The notes: generated from the sequence alone by a model not told the origin. Positions 49,984 through 63,740 are shown, numbered from the stretch's first letter. The stretch is DNA of 64,000 bases from Pristiophorus japonicus (GCF_044704955.1 NC_091978.1:375286001-375350000), one strand, 5' to 3'. Program-made: numbers and translations.

Positions 49984-52032
49984 CATAGAAACATAGGGCC
50001 CAAGTTTCCACATGATTTGTGCCTGATTTTTAGGAGCAACTGGTGGAGAACGGACTATCTTAGAAATCGCAATTCTCCACATTTTTTTTTCTGCAGTTCT
50101 AGTGAGGTAGAACAGTTCTACTTTAGAACAGAATTTTTTCTTCAAAAGGGGGCGTGTCCGGCCACTGACGCCTGATTTCAAAGTTTCCACAGTGAAAACG
50201 TAATCCAAACTAAAGTAGAATGGAGCAAGTGAAGATTTTTGTAGAGCTGAAAAAACCTGTTCTACACATTAAAAAATCAGGTGCAGGTTACAAATTAGGC
50301 GTCCAGAACGAGGTGGGGGGGGAAGGGGAGTCATTAAATTCTATAATCAATCCTTATTTATACTTCCACAAATATTATACAAATAAATCCAACCTGAATA
50401 AACATCTATAAGCAAAGAAAAGATTAAATAAACCATCTTCCTACCTGTGTGAAAGTGCTTCAGCCATCGTTCGTTCCCGCAGGGGGTGGGGAAGGAGACC
50501 GCCGTTTGTTGCCGCAGAGGGGAGGGAGGGGAAGGAAACCGCCGTTTGTTGCCGCGGAGGGGAGGGAGGGGAAGGAGACAGTGGTTTGTTGCCGCGGAGG
50601 GGAGGGAGGGGAAGGAGACAGCGGCTTGTTGCCGTGGAGGGTGGGGAAGGGAAGGAGACAGCGGCTTGTTGCCGCGGAGGGGAGGGAGGGGAAGGAGACA
50701 GCGGCTTGTTGCCGCGGAGGGTGGGGAGGGGAAGGAGACAGCGGCTTGTTGCCGCGGAGGGGAGGGAGGGGAAGGAGACAGCGGCTTGTTGCCGCGGAGG
50801 GGAGGGAGGGGAAGGAGACAGCGGCTTGTTGCCGTGTAGGGTGGGGAAGGGAAGGAGACAGTGGCTTGTTGCCGCGGAGGGGAGGGAGGGGAAGGAGACA
50901 GCGGCTTGTTGCCGCGGAGGGGAGGGAGGGGGAGGAAACCGCCGTTTGTTGCCGTGGAGGGTGGGGAGGGGAAGGAGACAGTGAGAAGGGTAGCCTCAGT
51001 GCTGATGTGCTGATGGCAACGTGCTTTTATTAAAAAATTAAACAGCTACAAAGAACTACAAAAATGGCCGAGTGCCAATGTTTCCTTCACACTGAGCATG
51101 TGCGAACGCTCCAACGCGCACGCGCAGCGTTGCTGGCAGGAAAAAAACTAATTTAAATAGTACCCGCTCCCTCCCACTTACAAAATCGGCGCGAGTGTAG
51201 GCTCCGCCCCCCCTGGGCGCCGCACCAAACAGACAAGGAGCTGCAAAGCGCTCGAGAATAGCGTGTTTTTTTTCTGGCGCCGTTTTAGGCGCGAAAAACG
51301 GGCGCCCAGCTCGGAAGGGCGCCTGTTTTTTATCGTGTGGAAACTTGGGCCCATAGAAACATAGAAAATAGGTACGGGAGTAGGCCATTCGGCCCTTCTA
51401 GCCTGCACCGCCATTCAATAAGTTCATGGCTGAACATGCAACTTCAGTACCCCATTCCTGCTTTCTCGCCATACCCCTTGATCCCCCGAGTAGTAAGGAC
51501 TTCATCTAACTCCTTTTTGAATATATTTAGTGAATTGGCCTCAACAACTTTCTGTGGTAGAGAATTCCACAGGTTCACCACTCTCTGGGTGAAGAAGTTC
51601 CTCCTCATCTCGGTCCTAAATGGCTTACCCCTTATCCTTAGACTGTGTCCCCTGGTTCTGGACTTCCCCAACATTGGGAACATTCTTCCTGCATCTAACC
51701 TGTCTAACCCCGTCAGAATTTTAAATGTTTCTATGAGGTCCCCTCTCATTCTTCTGAACTCCCTGAATACAAGCCCAGTTGATCCAGTCTTTCTTGATAG
51801 GTCAGTCCCGCCATCCCGGGAATCAGTCTGGTGAACCTTCGCTGCACTCCCTCAATTGCAAGAATGTCCTTTCTTAAGTTAGGAGACCAAAACTGTACAC
51901 AATACTCCAGGTGTGGCCTCACCAAGGCCCTGTACAACTGTAGCAACACCTCCCTGCCCCTGTACTCAAATCCCCTCGCTATGAAGGCCAACATGCCATT
52001 TGCTTTCTTAACCGCCTGCTGTACCTGCATGC
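49984..52032 (-). mobile_element. CR1 3' fragment inserted in pol, with the MITE inside its tail
   Basis: CATAGAAA tail on both sides of the MITE; RT C-terminus at 51444-52030; pol reads FLSLK before and KALCSAP after. Confidence 0.9.
49996..51352. mobile_element. Non-autonomous DNA transposon (PIF/Harbinger-like MITE) containing a 40-bp minisatellite
   Basis: 21-bp TIR GGGCCCAAGTTTCCACA(T/C)GAT, 3-bp TSD ATA, internal 40-bp repeat GGGGAAGGAGACAGCGGCTTGTTGCCGCGGAGGGGAGGGA at ~50480-50980. Confidence 0.88.
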
Positions 52033-54129
52033 ATGAAAAAGGCTTTGTGTTCGGCACCGGCTCTGGGAATCCCCGACAGTGGTAAGCCATTTACCCTGTT
52101 TGTTCATGAGAAAGAAGGATATATGACAGCTATACTGACACAAGAACATGAGGATCGGCAAAGACCTATTGGCTATTATTCAGCAAAACTGGATGCGGTA
52201 GTCCTCGGATGGGGAAGTTGCCTAAGGGCCATGGAAGCTGCATGTCGAGCGGTAATGATCACTGCGGGTCTAGTCCTCGACCAAAAGCTGATTGTCAAGT
52301 GTTCCCACACCGTACACGCTTTGCTGTCTATGAATAGAATGTCTCAGGTGACAGCAGCAAGATGGACCCGCTGGACAGCAGTTTTGGAAGCTCCTAATCT
52401 CCATATCGTCCGGGCCAGCCCGGTTAATCCCGCAACTATGCTCCCGATGTCAGAATCGAGGGAGCAAGAGGGGGGAGAATGTGAAGAGCATGACTGCGTG
52501 GAGATTTTAAAAGAAACAGAAGAAGCAGTCTTAGCAGCAGAGGAGCCTCTGCACAACTCAGACCTCATCCTGTTTACAGATGGTTCCTCCTTTGTTGACA
52601 ATGGTACCAGAAAAGCAGGATGGGCAGTTACAACCTTATATGAGGTAGTGGCAAAAGTACGTTTACCCTCAGGAACGTCAGCACAACAGGCCGAGTTATG
52701 GGCCCTGTCAGAAGCATGTCGAATAGCAGAAGGACAGACAGCTAATGTCTACACAGATTCGCGTTATGCTTTTGGAGTCGCTCACGACTTTGGTATGTTA
52801 TGGCGGAAAAGAGGATTCCTCACTGCTGCTGGTACACCTATCCGAAATGGAAAAGAAGTCCGAGATTTACTAGAGGCCATACAATTACCTCAGGAAGTGT
52901 CCATCCTGAAGTGTAAGGTCCATACCAAGGAAAATACCACAGAAGCACAGGGAAATGCCCTAGCCGACCAGGCAGCGAAAGATGCCGCCTCACAGGGCGT
53001 TCCTCCAGAAGAACCAACACAGATGTGCAGATTGAAAGCACTCAGGACTCTGACACGAGACCTTCAAACAATGCAAGGCGAGTGCTCCCGAGAGGAAAAA
53101 TGGACATGGATTGAGGCAGGAATTAAGCTATGCGAAGATGGTGTCTGGAGACAAAGAGTTACCGACAAGCCAGTCGCGCCACAAGCGCTTATGCCTTTTT
53201 TAGCCCAACAGATCCACTCGTGGGGACACTTGGACTCACAACAGATGACAGCACAGTTCCAGAAAAGCTGGTGGGGTTGGGGATTTAAAAAACATGCCCA
53301 GCTGGTAACAGACCGCTGTGTGGTCTGCTCGAAAAATAATTCTGGACCCATCACGGTAATGCCCCAACTGAGGCCCCCTGCCCCTGTCGGACCATTCCAG
53401 CATCTGCAGGTTGATTATATATCTCTTCCTTCATGCCAACGATAAATTTGTGTGGAAGCTACTAGTCCGGACATGTGGCGAAACACATCAACAAATTTTA
53501 GAAGGAAACTCTATTAACATGTATGAAATTATTTTGTAGAATGTTTAACAAGTGATACCTGATGTTTTATGATTCAGTTTGTGAAAGAATCAAAGGGGGG
53601 ATTGATAGAGAATTCATACAGACTGCATTTAGACAGGCTGTGAAAATTCACAGACCCCAAGTCAAAGCTGCTACGTGCAGTTAAGCATGTTGCATTAAGT
53701 CATCAATCAACTTGACATTTTAGGACCTTGGGTAGCGAGTCAATTAAAAGGTTAAAAGACTATTAATTGAGCCAATAAGGTCAAAGAAGGTGAGTTCTTT
53801 TCTGTAAATTGAACCCGGTATAAATACAGCCATTTAAGCCATGTGGTCCCAGAAGGACAAAGGCCTGGCTGCAAGCCAAGAGCTTGTTACTGCTGCCAAA
53901 ATAAAGTGACATTAAAACTACAATCGGAGTTCGTATTTCATTGGAAATCAAGAGATCTAACAGATGCCGATCAAGTGGCTGCTTTGTCCTGGATGGTGTC
54001 GAGCTTCTCGAGTGTTGTTGGAGGTGCAACTCATCCAGGCAAGTGGAGAGTATTCCATCACACTCCTGAGTTGTGCCTTGTAGATGGTGGGAAGGCTTTG
54101 GGGAATTCAGGGGGTGTGACACTCAGATC

Positions 54130-57100
54130 CACTTCCCTGCCCGCTCCCCATAACCCCTTAGCCAATGTCTTTAGCCAATTTTGTATCCATGCTGCCACTG
54201 TCCCTTTTATTCCATGGGCAAGCCTATTGTGTGGCACTTTATCAAATTTCTTTTGGAAATCCATGTACACCATGTCAAACGCATTGCTCTCATCAACCCT
54301 CTCTGTTACCTCATCAAAAAACTCAATCAAGTTAATTAAACATGATTTGCTTTCTGTAATTAATCCATACTTGTCCAAGTGACTATTAATTTTGTCCCAG
54401 ATTTTCGTTTCTAAAAGCTTCCCCATTCCCGAGGTTAAAGTGGCAGGTCGGCACTGGGTGTAACCTTACACCCTTTTTTGATCAAGGTGGAACACTGGGG
54501 ATTCTCCATCCTCTGGCACCACCCCAGTATTTCTATAACTTGGATCCAACAGCTCCTCATCATAACAATGGGCATTTATATAGTGTCTTCAAAGTAGGAA
54601 AGGGCCCCGAGATGCTTTACACCGAGCTAGAGAAGCAGATATTAGGAGGGTTGATCAAAAACTTGGTCATAACTTAAGAGTATAAGAACTAGGAGCAGGA
54701 GTAGGGCATACGGCCCCTCAAGCCTGCTCCGCCATTTAATACGATCATGGCTGATCCGATCATGGACTCAGGTCCACTTCCCTGCCCGCTCCCCATAATC
54801 CCTTAATTCCTTATCGGTTAAGAAACTGTCTATCTCCGTCTTAAATATATTCAATGTCCCAGCTTCCACAAGCTCCCTGAGGCAGCGAATTTCACAGATT
54901 ACAACCCTCTGAGAGAAGAAATTCCTCCTCATCTCAGTATTAAATGGGCGGCCCCTTATTCTAAGATTATGTCCCCTGGTTCTAGTCTCCCCTATCAGTG
55001 AAACATCCTCTCTGCACCCACCTTGTCAAGCCCCCTCATAATCCTATACGTTTCGATATGATCACCTCTCATTCTTCTGAATTCCAATGAGTAGAGGCCC
55101 AACCTACTCAACCTTTCCTCAAAAGTCAACCCCCTCATCTCTGGAATCAACCGAGTGAACCTTCTCTGAACTGCCTCCAAATATGGAAACCAAAACTGCA
55201 TGCAGTATTCCAGGTGTGGCCTCACCAATACCCTGTATAACTGCAGCAAAACTTCCCTGCTTTTATACTCCATCCCCTTTGCAATAAAGGCCAAGATTCC
55301 ATTGGCCTCCCTGATCACTTGCTGTACCTGCATACTAACCATTTGTGTTTCATGCACAAATACCCCCAGGTCCCGCTGTACTGTGGCACTTTGCAATTTT
55401 TTTCCATTTAAATAATGACTTGCTCTTTGATTTTTTTCTGCCAAAGTGCATAACCTCACATTTTCCAACATTATACTCCATCTGTCAAATTTTTGCCCAC
55501 TCACTTAGCCTGTCTATGTCCTTTTGCAGATTTTTGTGTCCTCCTCACACATTGCTTTTCCTCCCATCTTTGTATCGTCAGCAAACTTGGCTACGTTACA
55601 CTCGGTCCCTTCTTCCAAGTCATTAATATAGATTGTAAATAGTTGGGGTCCCAGCACTGATCCCTGCGGCACCCCACTAGTTACTGAATGCCAACCCGAG
55701 AATGAACCATTTATCCCGAATCTCTGTTTTCTGTTTGTTAAAGATCAGTGACTGGAGGACTGCTAACATGGTACCTTTGTTTAAAAAGGGAGAAAGAGAT
55801 AGACCGAGTAATTATAGGCTAGTCAGCCTAACCTCGGTGGTGGGAAAATTATTGGAGAAAATTCTGAGGGACAGGATACAACTTCATTTAGAAAGATACG
55901 GGTTAATCGGGTCAGTCAGCATGGATTTGTTAAGGGAAGGCCATGTCTGTCTAACCTGATTGAATTTTTCGAGGAGGTAATGCGGAGGGTCTTTGAGGGT
56001 AGTGCGTTTGATGTAGTGTATATGGATTTTAGCAAGGCTTTTTATCGGGTCCCACATGGCAGCCCATGGGATCCAGGGCAAAGTGGCAAGTTGGATCCAA
56101 AATTGGCTCAGAGGCAGGAAGCAAAGGGTAATGGTTGATGAGTGTTTTTGTGACTGGGTGACTGGAAGGATGTTTCCAGTGGGGTTCCGGAGGGCTCAGT
56201 ACTAGGTCCCTTGCTTTTTGTGGTATATATCAGTGATTTAGACTTGAATATAGGGGGTATGATTAAGAAGTTTGCAGATGATACAAAAAGTGGCTGTGTG
56301 GTTGATAATGAAGAAGAAAGCTGCAGACTGCAGGAAGATATTAATGTACCGGTCAGGTGGGCAGAACAGTGGCAAATGGCATTCAATCCGGAGAAGTGTG
56401 AGGTAATGCATTTGGGGAGGTCTAACAAGGCAAGGTTATACACCTTAAATGGTAGGACACTGAAAATTGTAGAGGAACAAAGGGACCTGGGAGTGCAGGT
56501 CCACAGATCCCTGAAGGTAGCAGGCCAGGTAGATAAGGTGGTTACGAAGGCATATAGAATACTTGCCTTTATTAGTCGAGGCATAGAATACAGGAGCAGG
56601 GAGGTTATGCTTGAACTGTATAAAACACTGGTTAGGCCACAGTTGGAGTACTGCGTGCAGTTCTGATCACCACATTACAGGAAAGATGTGATTGCACTGG
56701 GGAGGGTACAGAGGAGATTTACGAGGATGTTGCCTGGACTGGAGAATTTTAGCGATGAGGAAAGATTGGATAGGCTGTTTTTTTCCCCTTTGGATTAGAG
56801 GAGACTGAGAGGAGATGTTATTGAGGTGTATAAAATTGTGAGGCGCTGAGATAGAGTTGATAGGAAGGACCTATTATCCTTAGCAGAGGACAACCAGGGG
56901 GCATAGATTTAAAGTAATTGGGGGTAGATTTAGAGGAGATTTGAGGGAGTTTTTTTCACCCAGAGGGTGGTGGGGATCTGTAACTCACTGCCTGAAAGGG
57001 TGGTAGAGGCAGAAACCCTCACCACATTTAAAAAGTACTTGATGTGTACCTGAAGTGTCGTAACCTACAGGGTAACAGACCGAGAGCTGGAAAGTGGGAT

Positions 57101-57186
57101 TAGACTGGGTAGCTTTTAATCGGTCAGCGAGGACACGATGGGTCGAAATGGCCTCCTTCCGTGCTGTAAATTTCTCTGATTCTATG
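54130..57186. mobile_element. CR1 LINE fragments (54130-54530 -, 54672-55740 -, 55745-57186 +)
   Basis: RT ORFs 54058-54426, 54995-55504, 55702-55959, 56211-56666 with CR1 motifs and tails. Confidence 0.9.
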
Positions 57187-57328
57187 AAGAGAGGGACCCC
57201 AACTGACTTACCGATCCGAACTTCCATCCTTTATCTGGCGGTGTCCCTGCTGCGATGGTGCAGCCCAACACTCCGCTTCTGTGCTGGGCTGTGACTGCGC
57301 CACCCCGCATCTCCGATGGTGACGTCTA

Positions 57329-57687
57329 GGTCCCTCATCCCACTGCAGGGCTCGCAGTGTCCCCTCCCCTTTAACGGGGGAGGTCCCTCGTCCCACTGCA
57401 GGGCTCGCAGTGTCCCCTCCCCTTTAACGGGGGTGGTCCCTCGCCCCACTGCAGGGCTCGCAGTGTCCCCTCCCCTTTAACGGGGTGGTCCCTCGCCCCA
57501 CTGCAGGGCTCGCAGTGTCCCCTCCCCTTTAACGGGGGAGGTCCCTCGTCCCACTGCAGGGCTCGCAGTGTCCCCTCCCCTTTAACGGGGGAGGTCCCTC
57601 GTCCCACTGCAGGACTCGCAGTGTCCCCTCCCCTTTAACGGGGGAGGTCCCTCGCCCCACCACAGGGCTCGCAGTGTCCCCTCCCCT
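57329..57687. repeat. 53-bp minisatellite, ~6.7 copies
   Basis: GGTCCCTCGTCCCACTGCAGGGCTCGCAGTGTCCCCTCCCCTTTAACGGGGGA repeated. Confidence 0.92.
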
Positions 57688-58126
57688 GTAAAGAGGAGGT
57701 GGGCTCTGAGCTTGCATCAGTGCTACGTGGAGATGTAGAAGCGGGAATCTCCTGCAATGCACAGATGTTGGGGACTGGATTGCAGGACATTCCCCCTTCT
57801 CATCTCCATACTTAAATAACATTCCTGCTTCCCCTATGTGGGGCTTCCAGCCCCATCGACTCAGAGGCAAATGCCAAATTCATGTCAATGGGCAGAATTT
57901 CTGAGCCTTTCCTGCGTTACTGGAACAATGGTCTTTCCTGTAACGGTCTCAACTAAGTTCCCTTAAGACTCTCGATGCCATCAATAACTTGCATTGATAG
58001 ACCTTTAATGTAGAAATCTGATCCAAGGCACTTCACAGATGCCTGAGCAAAATGGATGAGGAGCTGAAAAGGAGGTATTGGAAGGCTTAAGCAAAAACCT
58101 GCTAAACACTGGGGTTTAAAGGAAGA

Positions 58127-61100
58127 TGTTGTGTCAGCAAGCATTCTAGTAATGACTCCACAAGGTAAGGTATTGCACTTGAACTGTTGGGACCTTACTC
58201 CATTTATTGCAGCTCCTGAGTAAGGGTACAGTAAGGTGAGCAACCTTTTATACCTGGTTACCTGCAGTGTGCAGGTGACCCCTAGGTCTCCACCAGTTGC
58301 ATCCTCTGGTGGTACAGGCATAGTGTATATAGTGTAAAGATACATTCATTGGTCTTATGTAACTGTACATTGGGTGTACAGGGTATATATATATATAAAC
58401 AACATCACTCCCCCCCTAAGTCTTGTGCAACTGGGCTTTGCACTGTGTGCTCTGGCCCTCGACTTGAGTGCCCAAAGCCCTTGCAGTTTGTCTGAGTTTG
58501 GGAATGGCTCTCCCCCTGTGGACCCCCAAGTCCTTATTGCCACAACATTGGGAAATGGTCAGCAGTGGATGGTTGGAGGTTGCAGTGGGGGTTGCATGGG
58601 TTCTGGATGTGATCCATGTGTGTCCATGGCTACATACATCCATTTCACCCCCCCATACATAGACCATGTGTGTGGCTCGACATTTGCACTTACATACATG
58701 TACAGAGAATGAAAAATAAAAGTAGGATTGGTTGCATGACTATTTGGGTTTAGCAGTAGTGGAATAATTATATGTTACAGGTAAGGTACATATGTGGTAA
58801 CACAGTCTTGCCCCTGGGGTGTAGGTGCAGGTGGGTGAGCACGCTAGTTCCAGAGTAACCAGACTGTGTCCAGGTTGTCTGATGGCGCCGCTGTGCCCCC
58901 TGCCAGCTGGGTGGGCTCGGTTGCTCCCTTGGCTGGGTCTCGGGGCCTTTTCCATTGTCTAGTGGTGGGCAGAGCCACAGGAATGTGTGGCCTTCCTGTC
59001 CTCATTTGAGAGGTGCAGTGTCTCCCTGCTGCGATGGTTGGAGCTTGGTCATCCCAGGTCCCATCGAGAGGGCTGGAGGGTGCTGGCCTCTTGCTCCCGG
59101 TGCTGGCCCTGGTGGCCAGAGAGGTAGGGCCAATCTGGGGCAGGGTACCGGTAGTGGTGCCTGTGCCATCCGCTGATCGCTGGCCCTACAGTGGGTATGC
59201 TCCCACTGTGTGTGGCCACACTCCCTGGGGCATCACATTGGTCCCGGAGGTGCAGGCTACATGACCGGGTAGCCCGCTGGACCTGGGTGCTTCAAATGGG
59301 AGGTTGCCCTTGGTTTTGTCAGCGTGCATATTGAACCCGGCATCAGACATTATTCCATCGTTTACATTCATGATCCATTGGCTCCGATCGCTCTCAGGTA
59401 CTAGTTCACATTTGTCAATTACATCTTTTCCCTCAATTTTCCATGTATATTACCGGCATCGCTGCACAATGTTACATTTAGATACTTGTATTCATAAATT
59501 ACATATTTTCCACGTATCCGATGGGCATCGCTGTTCAACGGTACGTTTAGATACTTGTATTTGTTAATTATATCTCTCACATTAGTATCACTGGCATCAC
59601 TGTACAAAAAGTGGAACAGTCCCTTTAATTGTTTTGGGTTGCCGGTCCCCTTTAAGAGGGCCTTGCAATCTTTACCCCAATCCGGTTCGCTGCTCAGCAT
59701 CACATGTTGCTCCCTCAACGCTGCTCCTCGTGGTCTGGTCGTGGTCATCTTGATTTCAGGCGCTTCACCACGTGGTGCGGGCACCATCTTTTCTCTCTCC
59801 ACGAGGTAAGCTGTGGTGATCCTTTTCTCCCCAGGTTCTGCTACTGTAGCCGGGGATTTACCTTCTGCATCGATCTTCTCCCTTCGGAGCCCTGCCACGG
59901 CCCAGAAGGTGAGGTCTGGTCGTTCGGGTTGGATCATCTCGCCGTTGAGTAGTGTGGTCTGTGTCGTTGCCGCGCAGTCGAGTTGGATGGTCTTCAGGTA
60001 CTGCGATGGATCCAAATTTTGGACCGCATAGGACGTCGATCGCTGGGGCCTGGAGGCTTTCCCAACTCCAACAAATTTGGATTTGCTTCATCGATCTTCT
60101 TCCTAGCAGCGTTGGACCATCACCAGCAACGATCCACAAGGGTAGCTTGTGCATCACGCCACCGTAGGACACCTGGACATCCACACTGCCAACGACTGGG
60201 ATGGTGTCATTTGTGTAAGTGAGCAGCTTCACCTGAATCAATATCATTCTGGGTTGTACGATAGGATTGTCCCAGAGTATCTCGAAGGCCGTCTGGTTCA
60301 TCAGCGATTGGCTCGCCCCTGTGTCGACCTCCATCGAGACTGGAACACCATTGATTTCAACTTCCATTTTCAGTGGGGAACTCTCGGTGGAGCAGGTAAA
60401 CACTCCGTCCACCTCTTCCTGAGGCAGAGCTGCCTCCTGGACTCTCTCTTCGTCTTCATCAGCACTGGAGCCCGGGTGATCGACCAACTCTTCAGCGACT
60501 CGGTGAGTAAAGTTTCTTTTACACATTTGCTGTAGATGGCCTTTAGTGTTACAGCCTTTGCAAGTATAGTCTCGGTATCGGCACTGGTGAGCTCTGCGAT
60601 TTTCTCCACATCGCCAGCATGGGGCTGGCTGGTTGGCCACCTGCGGCGGACTCAGGGTTGCGGGGCTCGGGGTCGCAGTCTTGGCTCTGAAGGGCACCAG
60701 TCGGATCACTGTACTTGCCATGTTAGAGTCCTGGGGTTTAGTCATCATCCTTCTGGAATCGCAGGCCGAGGCCATGAACACTTGGCTCATACTAATTGCC
60801 TTCTGCAGGGTGATGGTGGTGTCTGCAGAGAACAGCCTGTGGAGGATACCTTTGTGGCCAAGTCCAATAACAAAGATGTCCCTCAGTGCTTTGGTGAGGT
60901 GGTCGCCAAAATCACACGGTGCAGCCAATCATCTCAGGTCTGCAGCATATTTTGTGATTTCTTGGCCTTCGGACCGTCGGTGGCTGCAGAACCGGTGTCT
61001 GGCTGTGAGGATGCTCTCTTTTGGCTTGAGCTGTTCCTGTATCAACTTTACGAGCTCCGTGTACGTTTAGGTTGTCATCTTCTCTGGGGCTAGCAAGTCC

Positions 61101-61582
61101 CTGACAAGACCATGGACAGTGGGCCCACAACTGCTGAGCAGGATAGCTCTGCGCTTGTCAGCCAGCGAGGTCGGTGTGTCTCCTGCCAGGTCGTTTGCGA
61201 TGAAGTAGTGTTCTAGTCTTTCCACAAAGGCATCCCAATCTTCCGCATCAGTGAATTGTTGAAAGGTGCCAAGGTTAGCCATTTTTCACGTGGAAATTCG
61301 TAATCTCATCGCCAGTTGTTGCATCTGTAAGCACTCTAGTAATATGGTAAGGTATTGCACTTGAACTGTTGGGACCTTCGTCCATTTAATGCAGCTACTG
61401 AATGAGGTTACAGTAAGGTGAGCTCCCTTTTATACCTGGTTACCTGCAGTGTGCAGGTAACCTCTCGGTCTCCACCAGTTGCACCCTCTTGTGTTGCAGG
61501 CATATTGTATACAGTGTAAAGATACATTTATTGGTCTTATGTAACTGTACATTAAGTGTACAAGGTATATACATACACAACA
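58127..61582 (-). mobile_element. Gypsy (Mag-like) LTR retrotransposon, deletion derivative with gag and protease only
   Basis: LTRs 58127-58404 and 61317-61582, TSD GAAGA, PBS TGGCGATGAG, PPT at ~58405-58417. gag MANLGTFQQF..DWDAFVERLE with tandem zinc knuckles and protease VDTGAS; no RT or IN seen. Confidence 0.9.
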
Positions 61583-61899
61583 GAAGACAGGGAAGTGGAG
61601 AGGCTGAGCAGTTTAGGGGGGAAATCTCAGAGGGTGGGGTGGGGATGGCTGAAGATATTGCTGCCAATGGTGAGGTGAAGGGACGGAGACAGGTGTAGCT
61701 TATAGCAGACAAGCAACTAGCAGGTTTTCAGACTATTCCTGAGCTTGATTCTAGGATAGGAATCTGAGCTGTAACACTTCTGTTGCTCCACAGTGAAACA
61801 TGCATTGACCAATACGTTCCAGGTCTCTGAGTTCATTTATTTAATTTGTAAATTCACCACTTCTTTATTCCATTGCAGTTCATCATAATTAATTTGCAA

Positions 61900-62500
61900 G
61901 GTTCCCAATATACCATTTTCAGTTGCTTCATCAATGACCTTCCCTCCATCATAAGGTCAGAAGTGGTGATGTCCGCTGATGATTGCAGTGTTCAGTTTCA
62001 CAACTCCTCAGATAATGGAGCAGTCCGTGCCCGCATGCAGCAAGACCTGGACAACATTCAGGCTTGGGCTGATAAGTGGCAAGTAACATTCTGGCCACAC
62101 AAGTGCCAGGCAATGACTATCTCCAAGAAACGAGAGTCTAACCACTGCCCCTTGACATCCAATGGCATTCCCGTCGCCGAGTCCCCTACCATCAATATCC
62201 TGGGAGTCACCATTGACCAGAAACTTAACTGGACCAGCCACATAAATACTCTGGCAACAAGAGCAGGTCAGAGGCTGGCTGGCTTGATGTCTCACCTCCT
62301 GACTCCCCAAAGCTTTTCCACAATCTACAAGGCACAAGTCAGTGATGGAATTCTCTGCACTTGCCTGGATGAGTGTAGCTCCAACAACACTCAAGACGCT
62401 CGACACCATCCGGGACAAAGCAGCCCGCGTAATTTGTATCCCATCCACCACCTTAAACATTCACTCCCTCCATCACTGATGTACAGTGGCTGCAGTTTCT
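61900..62500 (+). mobile_element. CR1/L2-group LINE fragment
   Basis: FINDLP..SADD, ILGVTIDQKLNW motifs in ORF 61873-62517. Confidence 0.8.
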
Positions 62501-62537
62501 TTTCTGTAACCGTCTAAACCAAATTCCTTTAAGACTC

Positions 62538-63200
62538 GAGGGATACAAATTGCCTAGTGCCCTGTTTGGGGCGATAACATTTGCGGGAGCACAGAAGTAT
62601 TGCTGGGCGCTACACAATTCAATCTGGTGCAAACTTCCAGTTTAGCACACCAGGAGGGAAATGGATCGCTAAATGAAGCGCTACTGTTTCCCTTGGAGCA
62701 CTAAACGGAGCAAGAGGGGCTGTAGTGGCAGAGCGTGGCCAATGTTGAGGGCAGCGTTGCCGGATTCACAGGTTCCTGCTCTCACTGAAAGGGAAGGGTC
62801 AACGCTGAGCTCATTTCAAGCTAAGGCTGGGAATGGTCGATGACGGCACTTGTGATCAGCGAAGTGCCGCCACAAGCAGTCTAAGAAAATGCAGGGCTGA
62901 TCAATCGCGGCCTGGAAAACAATGAAAACACGTCAGTATGGGGACAATTTTAAATCAATGCTGCAGGGGGCGGAAGCCAATTTTATAACCAGGGCGATAA
63001 CGCGTCGCTATGCGATGATGTCACGATCTCCGGGGTGTAGAGATTGCGGCGGTAAGTTTTAGCGCCATCACTAACCTGCCATGCAAGTTCGCGGGTGTCA
63101 GTACTCTCACTGCGCTAGGTCGGCATGCTGTGAGCGCCCCATTATCACCCCCCCCAGAGGCGCTAACAGGAAGCGCAAAGGAGGCCAATTTCTCCCCCTC
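62538..63200. mobile_element. Probable MITE with imperfect TIRs; partial paralogue at ~3200-3588
   Basis: GAGGGATACAAATTGCCT ... AGGCCAATTTCTCCCCCTC; CpG-rich interior. Confidence 0.5.
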
Positions 63201-63654
63201 GAAGTCAAGGAAGTGGAGAGGGAGAGGAATTTAGGGAGGGAACTCCAGAGAATGGGACCGGGTGGCTGAAGGTACTGCTGCCAATGGTGAGGTGAAGGGA
63301 CGGGACAGGTGTCGGTTACAGCAGGCAAGCAGCAGACCGGTTTTCGGACCATTCCGGAGCTTGTAAGAATTCTGTTGCCACACACTGAAATATCTAGTGA
63401 CCCAGCAGTGAGCGATAGGTTCCAGGTCTCTGAGTTCATTTATTGATATTTAAAATTCACCACTTCTTTATTCCATTGCATTTCATCATAATTAATTTGC
63501 AAAGTCCTTAAAATAGTTAGCAGCATGATGTGTCCTGATGGTGAAACAGGAAACGGACACACCTCACTCCTTACAAACACATTGCAACACTCAGCAATAC
63601 ACTTGGACAACATGTAACCAACTCCTGGGAAGTTTGCAGGGGACTGAATGCAGT

Positions 63655-63740
63655 GGAGTCGGTGCAGTGATTGGTCAGTTTACAACATTAGTTATAATTT
63701 GCCCTCCGGCCTTGCGTGCTCTGAAGTATATAACCATTGA
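63655..63740 (+). promoter_or_regulatory. Promoter of SPP2-like gene copy 2
   Basis: TATATAA at 63727-63733 and ATTGG at ~63670; the second ATTGG of copy 1 reads ATTAG here. Confidence 0.6.

Larger units (their letters stand above)
48990..53445 (+). pseudogene. pol: pro-pol (disrupted): protease LLDTG, RT, tether + RNase H, integrase zinc finger; interrupted at ~49984-52033
   Basis: LPQGFHNSP and YVDD (RT); FTDGSS, SAQQAEL, YTDSRY, GNALAD (RNase H); HSWGH...CVVC (IN); truncated just after LQVDY. Confidence 0.92.
46735..53962 (+). mobile_element. Defective endogenous retrovirus-like provirus (gag-pro-pol; integrase core and env deleted)
   Basis: 360-bp LTRs (46735-47094, 53603-53962; ~15 differences), 5-bp TSD GATGC, tRNA-Ser(CGA)-like PBS TGGCATCACGAACATGATT at 47099, PPT AAAGGGGGG at 53592-53600. 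Confidence 0.93.
46315..54115 (-). mobile_element. CR1/L2-group LINE 3' part, split by the provirus at 46735-53962
   Basis: SLHHRRTVAAVCTIYKMH...WNSLP on the left continues into 53968-54115 on the right; TSD GATGC brackets the provirus. Confidence 0.75.
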
